A DNA stretch of 64,000 nucleotides from an uncultured Candidatus Berkelbacteria bacterium (GCA_963698075.1 OY969116.1:313010-377009); one strand, 5' to 3'. Shown: positions 27,041 through 37,093, counted from the stretch's first letter. The notes: a model not told the origin generated them from the letters alone. Numbers and translations are program-made.

Positions 27041-29287
27041 TTATTGTACTCTCACTTGAAATGTCATGTTTCCACTAGCGCCAGCAGCCAGATTTCCCAG
27101 ATTCCAAATCACTTTATTATTGGGCTGATCATAAGTGCCATTGTTGGTGGCCGAACCAATCACATAGGTGGTCCCCGTGGGAATTGGGTCTTCGATGCGC
27201 GTGTTGGTGACTGCTTGACTACCATTAGTATAGGATAAAGTGTAGGTTAAAGTATCGCCTGAAGCCGCTTGGGTTTTGTCAACGGATTTAGAGAGAGTTA
27301 TTGTTGGAGTTGTGCCACCAGGCAGAATAAAAATATGATCCGCGCCACCAGATTCTCCACTTGAATCTTTGGAAAAGACTCGGAAATGGTAGAGTGGAGC
27401 AACCAGCCCAGTCAACTGTAATGAATGATTGGTGGTGGAGGTTGCGTCAGTCTTTGTTTGACCATAATTAGTGGTTTCACCATAATCAACTTTCGAATCT
27501 GAAGCTTTATCAGTTTGCCAGATAATAGTGGCAGTTTTGGCGGCTGAATCAACCGCTGCGATTACATTGGAGATAATTGGCGCTTGATTGGTTGCGCCTA
27601 AAACTATGGTCATCTCTTTGGAATTTGTCATGTTAAGACTTGGTAATGTAAATGTTGGCAGACTCGATTTCGAAACCGTAATGTCGTGAGGTGTATAGCT
27701 GGTTTTGGTTGGCGTTGTACCGCCCAAAACATTGCCTTGTTGAAAATACTCGGTTAGCTCTAATCTCGCCCGGCCACTCGAATCTGTCGTTGCCGTGGGA
27801 CTTTCCGTGCCTCCTCCTTTGGCCACGGCCGAAACAGTTGCTCCGGAGACAGCGTTACCTGCATTATCTTTAACTAAAGTATCCAAATACCACTTAAAAT
27901 ATAAGCTGTATGTTCCACCGCCACTTTGTGAAGTTTGAACAATATCATGAACATCGGCTCCATTGAGAACTTTAGTATCAATAAAAATCTCATTTTTAGC
28001 AGCATAATTCGAGAAACCTTCGCCAATGGTGTGATAATTAATTGGACTATCGCCTTTAATTAGGGTATTGGAGCTAAAGACAAGGCCATCAGCTCCTTGA
28101 CCATCGTAGGTGCTGAATTGAATATTAATGTTGTTGCTGGTAATAGTATTATTATAGATTTTCGAACCGGTATTGGCAGCAACATAGCCGGCAACCGCTA
28201 TCCCATAGGCATATTTGGGTTTGGTTGAAGGAGTGATTATCGCTTTAATATTGTTGTTATAAAATTCATTATTGAGGTTTGATGGGCCATCATAAATCCC
28301 TATACCAGCTGCCTGATCGACTAAACCATCACCAGTTTGCGTCGTAATGTCATTGTCATGAACTTTTAAATTATAAGAATTTGTCCCCGGTGGAATTCGA
28401 CATTTAATTCCCCAGGCAAAATAGCCAGAGCCATATTCTGATTTTGGACCCATCTGAACATTAATTGTATTGGAATAAACCTCAACATCTTGGACTTCAT
28501 TATCAACCAAAATTCCCAAACCATCAGTCGTGTGAATATAATTTTCATAAACTTTGGTACTATGTGGCTTATATAAGGCAACACCGAAACCATTGCTGTC
28601 AACCGCTTTATGGTTAATGTCATTGCGGTAGACGCGGCTGTTAGGAGCAGTGGTATTAAAAGCAATGCCGCCATGGCCACCAATAATTTTATTATCATGA
28701 ATATCATAATTCTGACCTTGTTGGACTTGGAGGGCATAACCATCATAGGCCATCCGGTTGCCGATAGCGGCGACGCTGCTTCGAAAAATATTATCATGAA
28801 TGCTCAGATTGATTGTTCCTCTTTCGTTAACCGAGGTTGAAGAATTACCCCGGACTGAAACATCCAGACCACTGAGTTCAACATTCCTTGGATTAGTGTT
28901 GTAAATATAGATCGCATAGCTGTAAGTTGAAGTGCCTTGTTGAACAATTTTACCGTTTTTAAGCTTAAAGCCGTTATCATCCAAATTGACCCAGTGGCTG
29001 GCATCACCAATGGTCACTCCTGAAAGACCATTTGTGCCTGATGAGGCCGTATCAAAATTAATTGTCTTGCCATTCAAATCCAAAACAATCCCTGTGGCTG
29101 TAATCGTAAAACAGGTCCCGGTCGCTGAAACATCTTGATCTAAAATATAGGTCGTATTGGCTTGGGAAAGCAGTCCGCAAGCGGAAATGTGGACTTCGGC
29201 CGCTTGGGCTTTGGGAATCTTAAAACCCAAAGAAACAGCCAAAAGAACCATAAGCGCGATGATAAAAGTGAAAACATATTTCTTCAT
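27041..29287 (-). CDS. Secreted right-handed parallel beta-helix protein with the same C-terminal Ig-like domain
   Basis: Signal peptide, repeated PbH1-like HDN/NNTI turns, C-terminal TYTLSYTNGS...GNMTFQVRV. Confidence 0.55.
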   Translation of the reverse strand: MKKYVFTFIIALMVLLAVSLGFKIPKAQAAEVHISACGLLSQANTTYILDQDVSATGTCFTITATGIVLDLNGKTINFDTASSGTNGLSGVTIGDASHWVNLDDNGFKLKNGKIVQQGTSTYSYAIYIYNTNPRNVELSGLDVSVRGNSSTSVNERGTINLSIHDNIFRSSVAAIGNRMAYDGYALQVQQGQNYDIHDNKIIGGHGGIAFNTTAPNSRVYRNDINHKAVDSNGFGVALYKPHSTKVYENYIHTTDGLGILVDNEVQDVEVYSNTINVQMGPKSEYGSGYFAWGIKCRIPPGTNSYNLKVHDNDITTQTGDGLVDQAAGIGIYDGPSNLNNEFYNNNIKAIITPSTKPKYAYGIAVAGYVAANTGSKIYNNTITSNNINIQFSTYDGQGADGLVFSSNTLIKGDSPINYHTIGEGFSNYAAKNEIFIDTKVLNGADVHDIVQTSQSGGGTYSLYFKWYLDTLVKDNAGNAVSGATVSAVAKGGGTESPTATTDSSGRARLELTEYFQQGNVLGGTTPTKTSYTPHDITVSKSSLPTFTLPSLNMTNSKEMTIVLGATNQAPIISNVIAAVDSAAKTATIIWQTDKASDSKVDYGETTNYGQTKTDATSTTNHSLQLTGLVAPLYHFRVFSKDSSGESGGADHIFILPGGTTPTITLSKSVDKTQAASGDTLTYTLSYTNGSQAVTNTRIEDPIPTGTTYVIGSATNNGTYDQPNNKVIWNLGNLAAGASGNMTFQVRVQ

Positions 29288-29301
29288 TTTTCTCCTTTCA
29301 A

Positions 29302-29919
29302 TTATTTATTAACATAAAAAGAATAAGTACCGGTTGGTGGCGTTCTTAAGACATAACCAGTAGTGATTGCATAGTAAGTATGATCTCCTGCTCGCATTTT
29401 TTTGGTATAAACGCAAGAAGAAGCAGTACAAGTCTTGACTACCCTATTATCAAGGTAAATCTTGATTGTTTTCACCCAATGATTGGGATCATTAGCTACT
29501 TGGGCAGTCAGGCTAACATAAGTAAACCGGTTGGGATTAGTCGGCGACTCTGAAACAGAAAGTTGTGGCGGGGCTGTTGGCGAAACACTGGGCGAAGGCG
29601 TGGGAGTTGATGGACTTGGTGATTCGATTGGCTTGGAAGAGGACGTCGGACTGGTTATTGGCGACGGTGATGGGGATGGAGTAAAAATAGTCGTCAGAAT
29701 CGTATTGGAAGAAATTGAATGACTATTGCCAGATGAATCTTGATAACTCAATAGGGCCGTGTTGGAGATAGAATTAGTCAGAGCCAAAGGATTTATCCTA
29801 CCAATTACCGCTGCCAAAATAATTCCGGCACAAATTAAAATTATAAAGATAAGAAATAATTCATAAATTAATTTTTGTCTTTTTGGAAGAGTCCGAAGTT
29901 TTCTAAAAAAATTATTCAT
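29302..29919 (-). CDS. Membrane-anchored P/S-rich surface protein
   Basis: N-terminal TM; SPSPSP linker paralogous to the N-terminus of 24866-25402. Confidence 0.35.
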   Translation of the reverse strand: MNNFFRKLRTLPKRQKLIYELFLIFIILICAGIILAAVIGRINPLALTNSISNTALLSYQDSSGNSHSISSNTILTTIFTPSPSPSPITSPTSSSKPIESPSPSTPTPSPSVSPTAPPQLSVSESPTNPNRFTYVSLTAQVANDPNHWVKTIKIYLDNRVVKTCTASSCVYTKKMRAGDHTYYAITTGYVLRTPPTGTYSFYVNK

Positions 29920-29964
29920 CGCCCTCCTTGAGAGCTTAGATAATTTCTTGGTTCAAATTTAATA

Positions 29965-31164
29965 CTATTTCAGTTCATTGTCAAGATTTTTAATCCATGC
30001 TGAAATTTTTTGAGTTTTTAATTCCTTTGAACCGCGAATTCTTGCGGTGATATTTTCCGCTTTTTCCTCTTTATCACCAACAACAATAATATAGGGTATC
30101 TTTTGTAATTCGGCGTCGCGGATTTTTTTGTTGATCGATTCGTTGCGGTCATCAATTTCCAATCTTACCTCGCCCATTTCTTTGGCGACTTTTTTAGCAT
30201 AGTCAAGGTGCTTTTCCGATACCGGCAAAATTACCGTCTGTACTGGTGAAAGCCACGCCGGCAATGCACCGGCAGTATGTTCCAATAAAACCGCGATAAA
30301 CCGTTCCACTGATCCCAAAATCGCCCGATGGATAATTACAGGATGTTTTTTGGCGCCACTTTTGTCAATATAATTGGCATCCAATCTTTCAGCCGTGGCA
30401 AAATCAAGCTGGATCGTCCCCATCTGCCACGAACGACCAATTGAATCTTTGACATGGAAATCAATTTTCGGACCGTAAAAAGCCCCCTCGCCTTTATTTT
30501 CTTTATATTCAATTTTCGCATCTTTAAGAGCTTTAATTAAACCGGCTTCAGCCTTCCGCCACTGTTCGTCTGTGCCAATTGATTTTTCTGGCCGAGTGGA
30601 AAGCTCAATTTTCACATCTTCAAAGCCGTATCTTTTGTAAGTTTCATAGACAAAATCAATCATCCCCAAAATTTCCTCTTCCATTTTATCCTCGGTGCAA
30701 TAAACATGGGCATCATCGATCGTCAATGCCCGCGCCCGCAATAGTCCATTAACTTCCCCCGGTTGTTCATAACGATAAACTGTACCAATCTCAGAAAATT
30801 TCATTGGCAGATCTTTATAAGAACGCATTTCTTCATTGAAAATAATAATTGAACCAGGACAATTCATTGGCTTAAGACACCAGTTGACTTTTTTCCCGGC
30901 CATCTCCTTTTCATTGCCAACAAAAAAGAGCTTCTCACGATAATTATCGTAGTGACCGCTGGCTTTGAGAGTTTCTAAACTAATAATTGTCGGGGTAATG
31001 AGATCCCGGTATCCTTGCTCGGCCAATTTCTTCTTGAGATCATTCACAATTAAGTTAAAAAGTATCGTCCCTTTAGGCCACCAATAACAAGTCCCGGGCA
31101 CAGTTCGGGAAAAACTAAATAATCCTAATTTTCGGCCAATTTCTTTGTGATCGACTGCTGGCAT
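29965..31164 (-). CDS. thrS: Threonyl-tRNA synthetase, catalytic + anticodon-binding domains only
   Basis: Starts at the DHKEIGRKLGLF region (E. coli RDHRKIGKQLDLY, about residue 240). Class II motifs present. The approximately 240 N-terminal residues (N1/N2 editing domains) are absent. Confidence 0.8.
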   Translation of the reverse strand: MPAVDHKEIGRKLGLFSFSRTVPGTCYWWPKGTILFNLIVNDLKKKLAEQGYRDLITPTIISLETLKASGHYDNYREKLFFVGNEKEMAGKKVNWCLKPMNCPGSIIIFNEEMRSYKDLPMKFSEIGTVYRYEQPGEVNGLLRARALTIDDAHVYCTEDKMEEEILGMIDFVYETYKRYGFEDVKIELSTRPEKSIGTDEQWRKAEAGLIKALKDAKIEYKENKGEGAFYGPKIDFHVKDSIGRSWQMGTIQLDFATAERLDANYIDKSGAKKHPVIIHRAILGSVERFIAVLLEHTAGALPAWLSPVQTVILPVSEKHLDYAKKVAKEMGEVRLEIDDRNESINKKIRDAELQKIPYIIVVGDKEEKAENITARIRGSKELKTQKISAWIKNLDNELK

Positions 31165-31226
31165 AACTTCTCCTATAAATATTCTACTACAATAATTCTC
31201 TGGATACAAGGAGAAGTTAAGATAGT

Positions 31227-31886
31227 TCAGTCAAATTTGGGGTTGAGAACTTGCCAAATTTTTTCAGCGATCTCTCGACGCGAAAGAATCTGATTATTTT
31301 TGACGCAATTTATTCGGTGCCAAGTTTTTTTGGCTTGTGAAAGATGAAGGTATTCTAAGCGGGTTTTTTTTAAATAATCTAAATTTTCTTCATGAATATC
31401 TTTCTTTATGCCTCTGCCATCCACCAATTCGCGGCTAATCTCCACCGGCACATCTAAATAAATTACTTGATCAGCGCGTGGGATGGCAAAAACTTTAAAT
31501 TCCATCTCGTTAAGCCACTGAAGAAATTTTTTCCGCTCTGATGGCGATTTTATTTTGGCGCCCTGATGAGCCATATTCGATTCGGTATAACGATTGGCAA
31601 TAACGATATAGCCATCATTGAGATATTTTTCGATTTTCTCTTTGGCTCGCCAACGGTCAGCGGCATAAAGAATCGAGGCCAAATAGCCGCTGACTTCATC
31701 AACTCCCCCAAATTCGCCATCCAAATATCGCCGGATAACTTTGCCAAAAAAATCATTATATTGAGGAAAATTTATGAGTACTACTTTTTTCTTTAGTTTT
31801 TTAAGGCGTTTGATTAACATTTCGGCTTGCGTTTTTTTCCCCGAACCATCAACCCCATCAATTACGATAAGTTTTCCTTTATTCAA
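31227..31886 (-). CDS. tmk: Thymidylate kinase
   Basis: IVIDGVDGSGKKTQ P-loop; DRY-like motif. Confidence 0.85.
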   Translation of the reverse strand: MNKGKLIVIDGVDGSGKKTQAEMLIKRLKKLKKKVVLINFPQYNDFFGKVIRRYLDGEFGGVDEVSGYLASILYAADRWRAKEKIEKYLNDGYIVIANRYTESNMAHQGAKIKSPSERKKFLQWLNEMEFKVFAIPRADQVIYLDVPVEISRELVDGRGIKKDIHEENLDYLKKTRLEYLHLSQAKKTWHRINCVKNNQILSRREIAEKIWQVLNPKFD

Positions 31887-32537
31887 TTAATTCTCCTTTA
31901 TTTCTTTGTCCAATTCTTTGTAAAATTTCAACATAAAATTAGCGCGTTTCTTTGATATTTTTCTAGAAATAGAAAAGTTTAAATTTTCCCATTTTTTGAT
32001 ACCATCTCTGCGAAGCTGATCGAGCAAACTATGGTCAAGCCAGACTTCTTTTGTGTTAGGAACAGATGCCGGATTAAATATTGGAAAACCCATTTCGCCA
32101 AACCAATATGAGAATCTAGCCACGCCAATAGCGCCAATAGCCTCAATCCGATCTGCGTCCTGTATTATTTTTGTTTCAACATGGTCTGTTGGTTCATGAT
32201 CATGGCCCCAAGAAAAATTATCGTGCAAGCGAATAGTTTCGAGAACCTCAGCAATTTTATCTTTTGGAAAACCAACTTCATTAAGCCACTTTTTTGCCAA
32301 TTTCATTCCATAAACTGGGTGGTTCTTAGCATCCTGTTCGTGATTTTTATATCCAACATCATGCAAAAGTGCGCCCGCATAAACAACATCTTTATCGCAT
32401 TTAATATTTTTTGCTATTTTTAATGCGTTTTTTTGCGTGCGTAGATGGTGGTAAAAATCATGACAGGCGGTATATTCATTAAGATAGTTTTTCAGTTTTA
32501 ATGAGAGTTCTTTTTTCCAATGTTTGCTATTTGACAT
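31887..32537 (-). CDS. HD-domain phosphohydrolase
   Basis: H..GALLHDVG ... DAD metal ligands. Confidence 0.6.
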   Translation of the reverse strand: MSNSKHWKKELSLKLKNYLNEYTACHDFYHHLRTQKNALKIAKNIKCDKDVVYAGALLHDVGYKNHEQDAKNHPVYGMKLAKKWLNEVGFPKDKIAEVLETIRLHDNFSWGHDHEPTDHVETKIIQDADRIEAIGAIGVARFSYWFGEMGFPIFNPASVPNTKEVWLDHSLLDQLRRDGIKKWENLNFSISRKISKKRANFMLKFYKELDKEIKEN

Positions 32538-33225
32538 GAGACATTAATTTGATTGATTTATCTTTTTTAGGCAAGCCGCAATTTTTTTCGTCTTCCCAAC
32601 AAATTCCTTCGGTTTTGCAAGTTGGACCGGCATATTTGAAAATTGTCGGAGCAACTTTCATCAATTCTTTATGCATCAAATAAGCCATGCTGCGAATTTC
32701 CCACTGCGCTCGATTACACATTCTTCTTGCCAAAAAATTAAACAATGAACGGGCGTTCATAGTGATAACAATTTTGACATCTGTCGCATTTGGTAAAATA
32801 AAACGAGCGTCTTCTTTTGGAATACCTAAATTAATTAATCTTTCGTAAACCATTCCCAAATTGTAAATCGTATAGTCAAAAAGTTTAAAAGCTTCTTCGT
32901 TGGAACGAATGGTTGGAGGAATAACAAACCCGAAATTTTTTCCGTTGATGTAACGCTGTGATTGTTGCGAATAACTTGCAATTCTATGACGAACTAATTC
33001 ATGAGTTAATACGCGCGATACCTCTTCAACAGCAAAAGTAAAAGAAACGTGTTCAATGGTTGAAGTGTGACCGCCGGCAATAACCATTTTAATTAATTTG
33101 GTTCTTTCTGCTTCAGTTAATTTTTCTTTTATTTGTTCGGCTGAGTTAGGCGAATAACATTGACGAATCGCTGCGGCCACCACTTTTTCGGGATCTTTAG
33201 TGTAGGAAATTAATTTTACTTTCAT
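32527..33225 (-). CDS. thyX: Flavin-dependent thymidylate synthase
   Basis: HELVRHRIASYSQQSQRY (RHR...S.SxR ThyX motif). Confidence 0.85.
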   Translation of the reverse strand: MKVKLISYTKDPEKVVAAAIRQCYSPNSAEQIKEKLTEAERTKLIKMVIAGGHTSTIEHVSFTFAVEEVSRVLTHELVRHRIASYSQQSQRYINGKNFGFVIPPTIRSNEEAFKLFDYTIYNLGMVYERLINLGIPKEDARFILPNATDVKIVITMNARSLFNFLARRMCNRAQWEIRSMAYLMHKELMKVAPTIFKYAGPTCKTEGICWEDEKNCGLPKKDKSIKLMSHVK

Positions 33226-33227
33226 AA

Positions 33228-34466
33228 TTATTTTTTAATCGGAAATTTCTGACAAAGTCTCGAAACTTCTTTTTTGATTTTTTCTTTCGGCATTTCTTGC
33301 TTCAAAGTTACATAAATTAATTCTGCCACTTTTGCCATTTCTTTTTCTTTCATCCCCCGGGTGGTTAAAGTCGGCGTGCCAACTCGAATACCGGAACCAA
33401 TAAACGGCTTTTCCGGGTCGTTGGGAATGGTATTTTTATTAACGACAATCCCTACTTCTTCTAACATATTTTGGGCTTCTTTGCCCTTGATTTTAATGGA
33501 CCGTAGGTCTACGAGCATCAAATGATTATCCGTTCCGCCACTTACTATACGTAGCCCCAGTTTTTGCAAGGCTTTGGCCAACGCTTTGGCATTTTTAACA
33601 ATTTGTCTTGTATAAACTTTAAAATCCGGATCCATGGCTTCGGCGAAACATACCGCCTTTGACGCGATTTGATGTTCATGCGGACCGCCTTGAGAGCCGG
33701 GGAACACCGCCCGATCAACTTGCTCAGCGAATTCCTTGCGAGTAATGATAATGCCCCCACGTGGCCCTCGCAGGGTTTTATGAGTAGTTGTAGTGACAAC
33801 GTCAGCATACGGGAAACACGAAGGATGGACTCCGCCCACAATCAAACCGGCAATGTGAGCGATATCAGCGAATAGAAGCGCGCCAACTGATTTCGCAATT
33901 TCGCCGAACTTTTTAAAATCAATAATTCGCGAATAAGCGGTTGCTCCGCAAACAATCATTTTTGGTTTTTCCCGCTTCGCAATTTTTGCTATCTCATCAT
34001 AGTCCAGTGTTTCTGACTCGGGATCAACACCATAGGCAACAAAATTGTACGCTTTGCCAACTAAACTAATTGGCAGACCGTGTGAAATATGCCCACCTTG
34101 GTCAAGTCGCATTCCCATTATTTTATCGCCGAATTCTAAAAAAGCAAAATAAACCGCAATATTGGCAGGTGTGCCGGAATAGGGCTGAACATTGGCATGC
34201 CATTTTGCGGGCGTTAGTTTAAAAATTTTTAAAACACGTTCTATTGCCAAATCCTCGATTTTGTCAATAATTTTGTTACCGCCATAATATCGGGCGTGTG
34301 GTTTACCTTCGGCATATTTATCGTTAAAAACCGAACCCAGCGCTTCTCGGACTTCGGCGCTGGTAATATTTTCAGAAGGAATTAATTCCAAAACATTTTC
34401 TTGGCGATCCTCTTCGGCCGCAATCAGCTTGGCCACCTTTGGGTCATTTGATTTTAAGCTCATCAT
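33228..34466 (-). CDS. glyA: Serine hydroxymethyltransferase
   Basis: TTTTHKTLRGPRGG PLP-lysine motif; full-length SHMT. Confidence 0.9.
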   Translation of the reverse strand: MMSLKSNDPKVAKLIAAEEDRQENVLELIPSENITSAEVREALGSVFNDKYAEGKPHARYYGGNKIIDKIEDLAIERVLKIFKLTPAKWHANVQPYSGTPANIAVYFAFLEFGDKIMGMRLDQGGHISHGLPISLVGKAYNFVAYGVDPESETLDYDEIAKIAKREKPKMIVCGATAYSRIIDFKKFGEIAKSVGALLFADIAHIAGLIVGGVHPSCFPYADVVTTTTHKTLRGPRGGIIITRKEFAEQVDRAVFPGSQGGPHEHQIASKAVCFAEAMDPDFKVYTRQIVKNAKALAKALQKLGLRIVSGGTDNHLMLVDLRSIKIKGKEAQNMLEEVGIVVNKNTIPNDPEKPFIGSGIRVGTPTLTTRGMKEKEMAKVAELIYVTLKQEMPKEKIKKEVSRLCQKFPIKK

Positions 34467-34990
34467 TGCCTTTCATACTTTTCGATCTTGTCTTCTAAAA
34501 CTCTTAATTTAACTTTGGCCTTTTTAAAAATTCTTCTGGTTTCTTGTCCCGCGTGATACTTTCTTAATGCCACAACTTCTTTAATACCACTATTGACAAT
34601 CATTTTAGCACAGGTTGAACATGGCTCCATCTTAATATAAATTGTTGCGCCCTCTATTGAAGTACCAAATTTAGCCGCTTGACAAATGGCATTTTGTTCG
34701 GCATGAATTGTCCGAACGCAATGTTCGGAAATTTTTCCCTCTTCATCAATGACTTTCCTCATGTCATGACCAACGTCGTCGCAATGGGGTTGACCAATTG
34801 CTGAGCCAACGTAACCGGTTGATAAAATGCGTCGGTCTTTGACAATCACCGCCGCCGATCTACCTCTGTCACAAGTTGACCGGTTGGCAACTGTCTGCAT
34901 CACCGAAATAAAATATTCATCCCAACTCGGCCGTTTGTATTTGACCTTTTTGTCTATTTTCCTTTTTGTCTTTTTATCTCTATTTGGCAT
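34463..34990 (-). CDS. comEB: dCMP deaminase
   Basis: HAEQNAI and PCSTCAK zinc-binding motifs. Confidence 0.8.
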   Translation of the reverse strand: MPNRDKKTKRKIDKKVKYKRPSWDEYFISVMQTVANRSTCDRGRSAAVIVKDRRILSTGYVGSAIGQPHCDDVGHDMRKVIDEEGKISEHCVRTIHAEQNAICQAAKFGTSIEGATIYIKMEPCSTCAKMIVNSGIKEVVALRKYHAGQETRRIFKKAKVKLRVLEDKIEKYERQ

Positions 34991-35561
34991 TGATTTTTCT
35001 CCAAAGTTTTTCCAAATTATCGGCTAATTCTTTTTTTGTTTCTTCATTCACAATCGTATAATCAGCCATGGCGATCGGACCGCCTTTGTTCAAATTTTCC
35101 AGTTCGGCTCGGTCGCGCGCTCTTGCCTCATCTAAACTAAATGAACGATATTTCATCAAAGGATCAGCCCCGTGTTTTCGCGAACGTCCACCAAGTCTTT
35201 TATAGCGCGTTTCCGGGCTCGAGTAAACTGCCAGGCAAATAAAATTTTTGTAGCGTTTTTTAAAGGCTAAATATTCTTCCCACGAATAAAGACCATCAAC
35301 AATAATATCTCCTTTAAGTTTATCAATTTTCGGAAAATTTAAAGTGGCAAACGCAGCCATTCCATATTTTTTTCGGAAACCTTCGCGGATTGGCCGTTCA
35401 TTTTTTTCCGTCGGTTCCAGTCCCCGTCGCTTAACTTCATCTAAAGTGATTTGCCCAAGCCGAATATAACCAAAACCCTTGCGGACAAAAAAATCCGCCA
35501 CTTCACTTTTACCTGCCCCCGGCATGCCGACAATCGCAATAATTTTTCGCATGCTGTTCAT
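34980..35561 (-). CDS. P-loop nucleotide kinase (dephospho-CoA-kinase/adenylate-kinase-like)
   Basis: IVGMPGAGKS Walker A; about 190 aa; embedded in the dNMP metabolism cluster. Confidence 0.4.
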   Translation of the reverse strand: MNSMRKIIAIVGMPGAGKSEVADFFVRKGFGYIRLGQITLDEVKRRGLEPTEKNERPIREGFRKKYGMAAFATLNFPKIDKLKGDIIVDGLYSWEEYLAFKKRYKNFICLAVYSSPETRYKRLGGRSRKHGADPLMKYRSFSLDEARARDRAELENLNKGGPIAMADYTIVNEETKKELADNLEKLWRKINAK

Positions 35562-35983
35562 CTTCTCCCCGTGCTTCCAAAACCTCTTTGCCCTCGCCTA
35601 GAATCGGACAAACTTTTAACTTCTTTTATTTTTGCTCGGATGATTGGTTGGATTAATAATTGAGCAATGCGTTCGCCCTTGCTAATTTTAACTCTTTTTT
35701 TGGATAAATTCCAAAGAGCAATTCCAATCTCTCCACGATAGCCAGCATCAATGACGCCGCCCAAGGAAATTAAACCCTCTTTTGTTGCTAAACCACTTCG
35801 TTCCCAAATTAAGCCGGCGAATTTTTTTGGAATTTCTACAGCTAATCCAGAGCTAAATGTATACCGTTCCCCGGGCTTGAGAATTTTATCTTCGATACTA
35901 TATATATCCATGCCGGCGTCGCCGGCGTGAGAATATTTCGGTAAAATCGCTTTAGATAATAATTTCTTGAATTTGATTAACAC
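35558..35983 (-). CDS. dut: dUTP diphosphatase
   Basis: AGMDIY, GLIWERSGLA, GVIDAGYRGEI, FGSTG dUTPase motifs. Confidence 0.85.
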   Translation of the reverse strand: MLIKFKKLLSKAILPKYSHAGDAGMDIYSIEDKILKPGERYTFSSGLAVEIPKKFAGLIWERSGLATKEGLISLGGVIDAGYRGEIGIALWNLSKKRVKISKGERIAQLLIQPIIRAKIKEVKSLSDSRRGQRGFGSTGRR

Positions 35984-36043
35984 AACTGCCTTTATAGTAT
36001 TTAGGGACTAAAATTTTGTCAAATAATCAGGTATAATAGATTT

Positions 36044-36463
36044 ATGAGACCCATTGCTTTTAATCGTCGCGCCTTGCACGACTATCATATTTTGGAAAAA
36101 TTTGAAGCAGGAATCGTTCTCACTGGTGAGGAAATTAAAGCCATCCGCGCCCATCGTGCCAATTTAGCCGGCGCCTTTTGTCGAATCCAACAAAATGAAG
36201 CCTGGATATTAAATCTGCATATTGCCAATACCAAAGAACCAGAACGAACACGAAAACTTTTATTACATAAAAACGAAATCCAATCTCTAATCGGCAAAAC
36301 CCAACAAAAAGGCTTATCGCTAATAGCGCTCTCGCTCTATATCAAAAAAAATCATGCCAAATTAGAACTCGCTCTTGCTCGCGGCAAAAAACTCCACGAC
36401 CGCCGCGAAGAACTCAAAAAACGTGATATCTCGCGCCAGACGGAAAGAGAATTAAAAGAATAG
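36044..36463 (+). CDS. smpB: SsrA-binding protein
   Basis: NRRALHDYHILEKFEAGIVLTGEEIK...HKNEI typical SmpB. Confidence 0.85.
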   Translation: MRPIAFNRRALHDYHILEKFEAGIVLTGEEIKAIRAHRANLAGAFCRIQQNEAWILNLHIANTKEPERTRKLLLHKNEIQSLIGKTQQKGLSLIALSLYIKKNHAKLELALARGKKLHDRREELKKRDISRQTERELKE

Positions 36464-36537
36464 CGTTGTTATCTGACTATTTTTCGTTTAAGAAAACACT
36501 CCGATATTCTGCAGAATATCGGAATATCTGTTATGAA

Positions 36538-37053
36538 CTATAACTTGTAAATGAATACTTTTCTGCTATTTATATGGTATTCAGTGCCATTTTGCAGAGC
36601 TTTAATCGGGAATCCTACCGAAATCAGACGGCTTCCGGCTTTGAGCTCGCTTTTGAATTTCGGGGCCAATTTCGAAAGCATTTCTGGCATTAAATAGCAG
36701 TAAACCACATCAGCCTTGGAAAAATCTAACTTGAAGATATTTTGATAGCGAATCTCAATGTTTTGGAATTTGGCCGTACGGATTTTAGTTAATATATAAT
36801 AGTAGGGGGAAATTTCTATTCCCCGTCCTTTTGCTCCCATTTTCGCCGCCTCAATTAACACATCGCCATTACCGCAACCGAGATCATAGAAAATTTCACC
36901 TTTTGCGAGGCCGGCTAATTTAAGCGCCTGGCGAATAACAATTTTATTTGCCATCACATAGGGACTGCCAAAAATCACTGAAATAAGATTAGACGCTTGC
37001 CAAAACAATAAACCGAACGATACTATCGCTAAAATTATTAAGAGAACTATCAT
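36538..37053 (-). CDS. Class I SAM-dependent methyltransferase with N-terminal TM
   Basis: DLGCGNGDVL motif I. Confidence 0.55.
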   Translation of the reverse strand: MIVLLIILAIVSFGLLFWQASNLISVIFGSPYVMANKIVIRQALKLAGLAKGEIFYDLGCGNGDVLIEAAKMGAKGRGIEISPYYYILTKIRTAKFQNIEIRYQNIFKLDFSKADVVYCYLMPEMLSKLAPKFKSELKAGSRLISVGFPIKALQNGTEYHINSRKVFIYKL

Positions 37054-37093
37054 ATCTCTATTGTAGTTTAGAAATTAGAAATTAGAAATTTCT

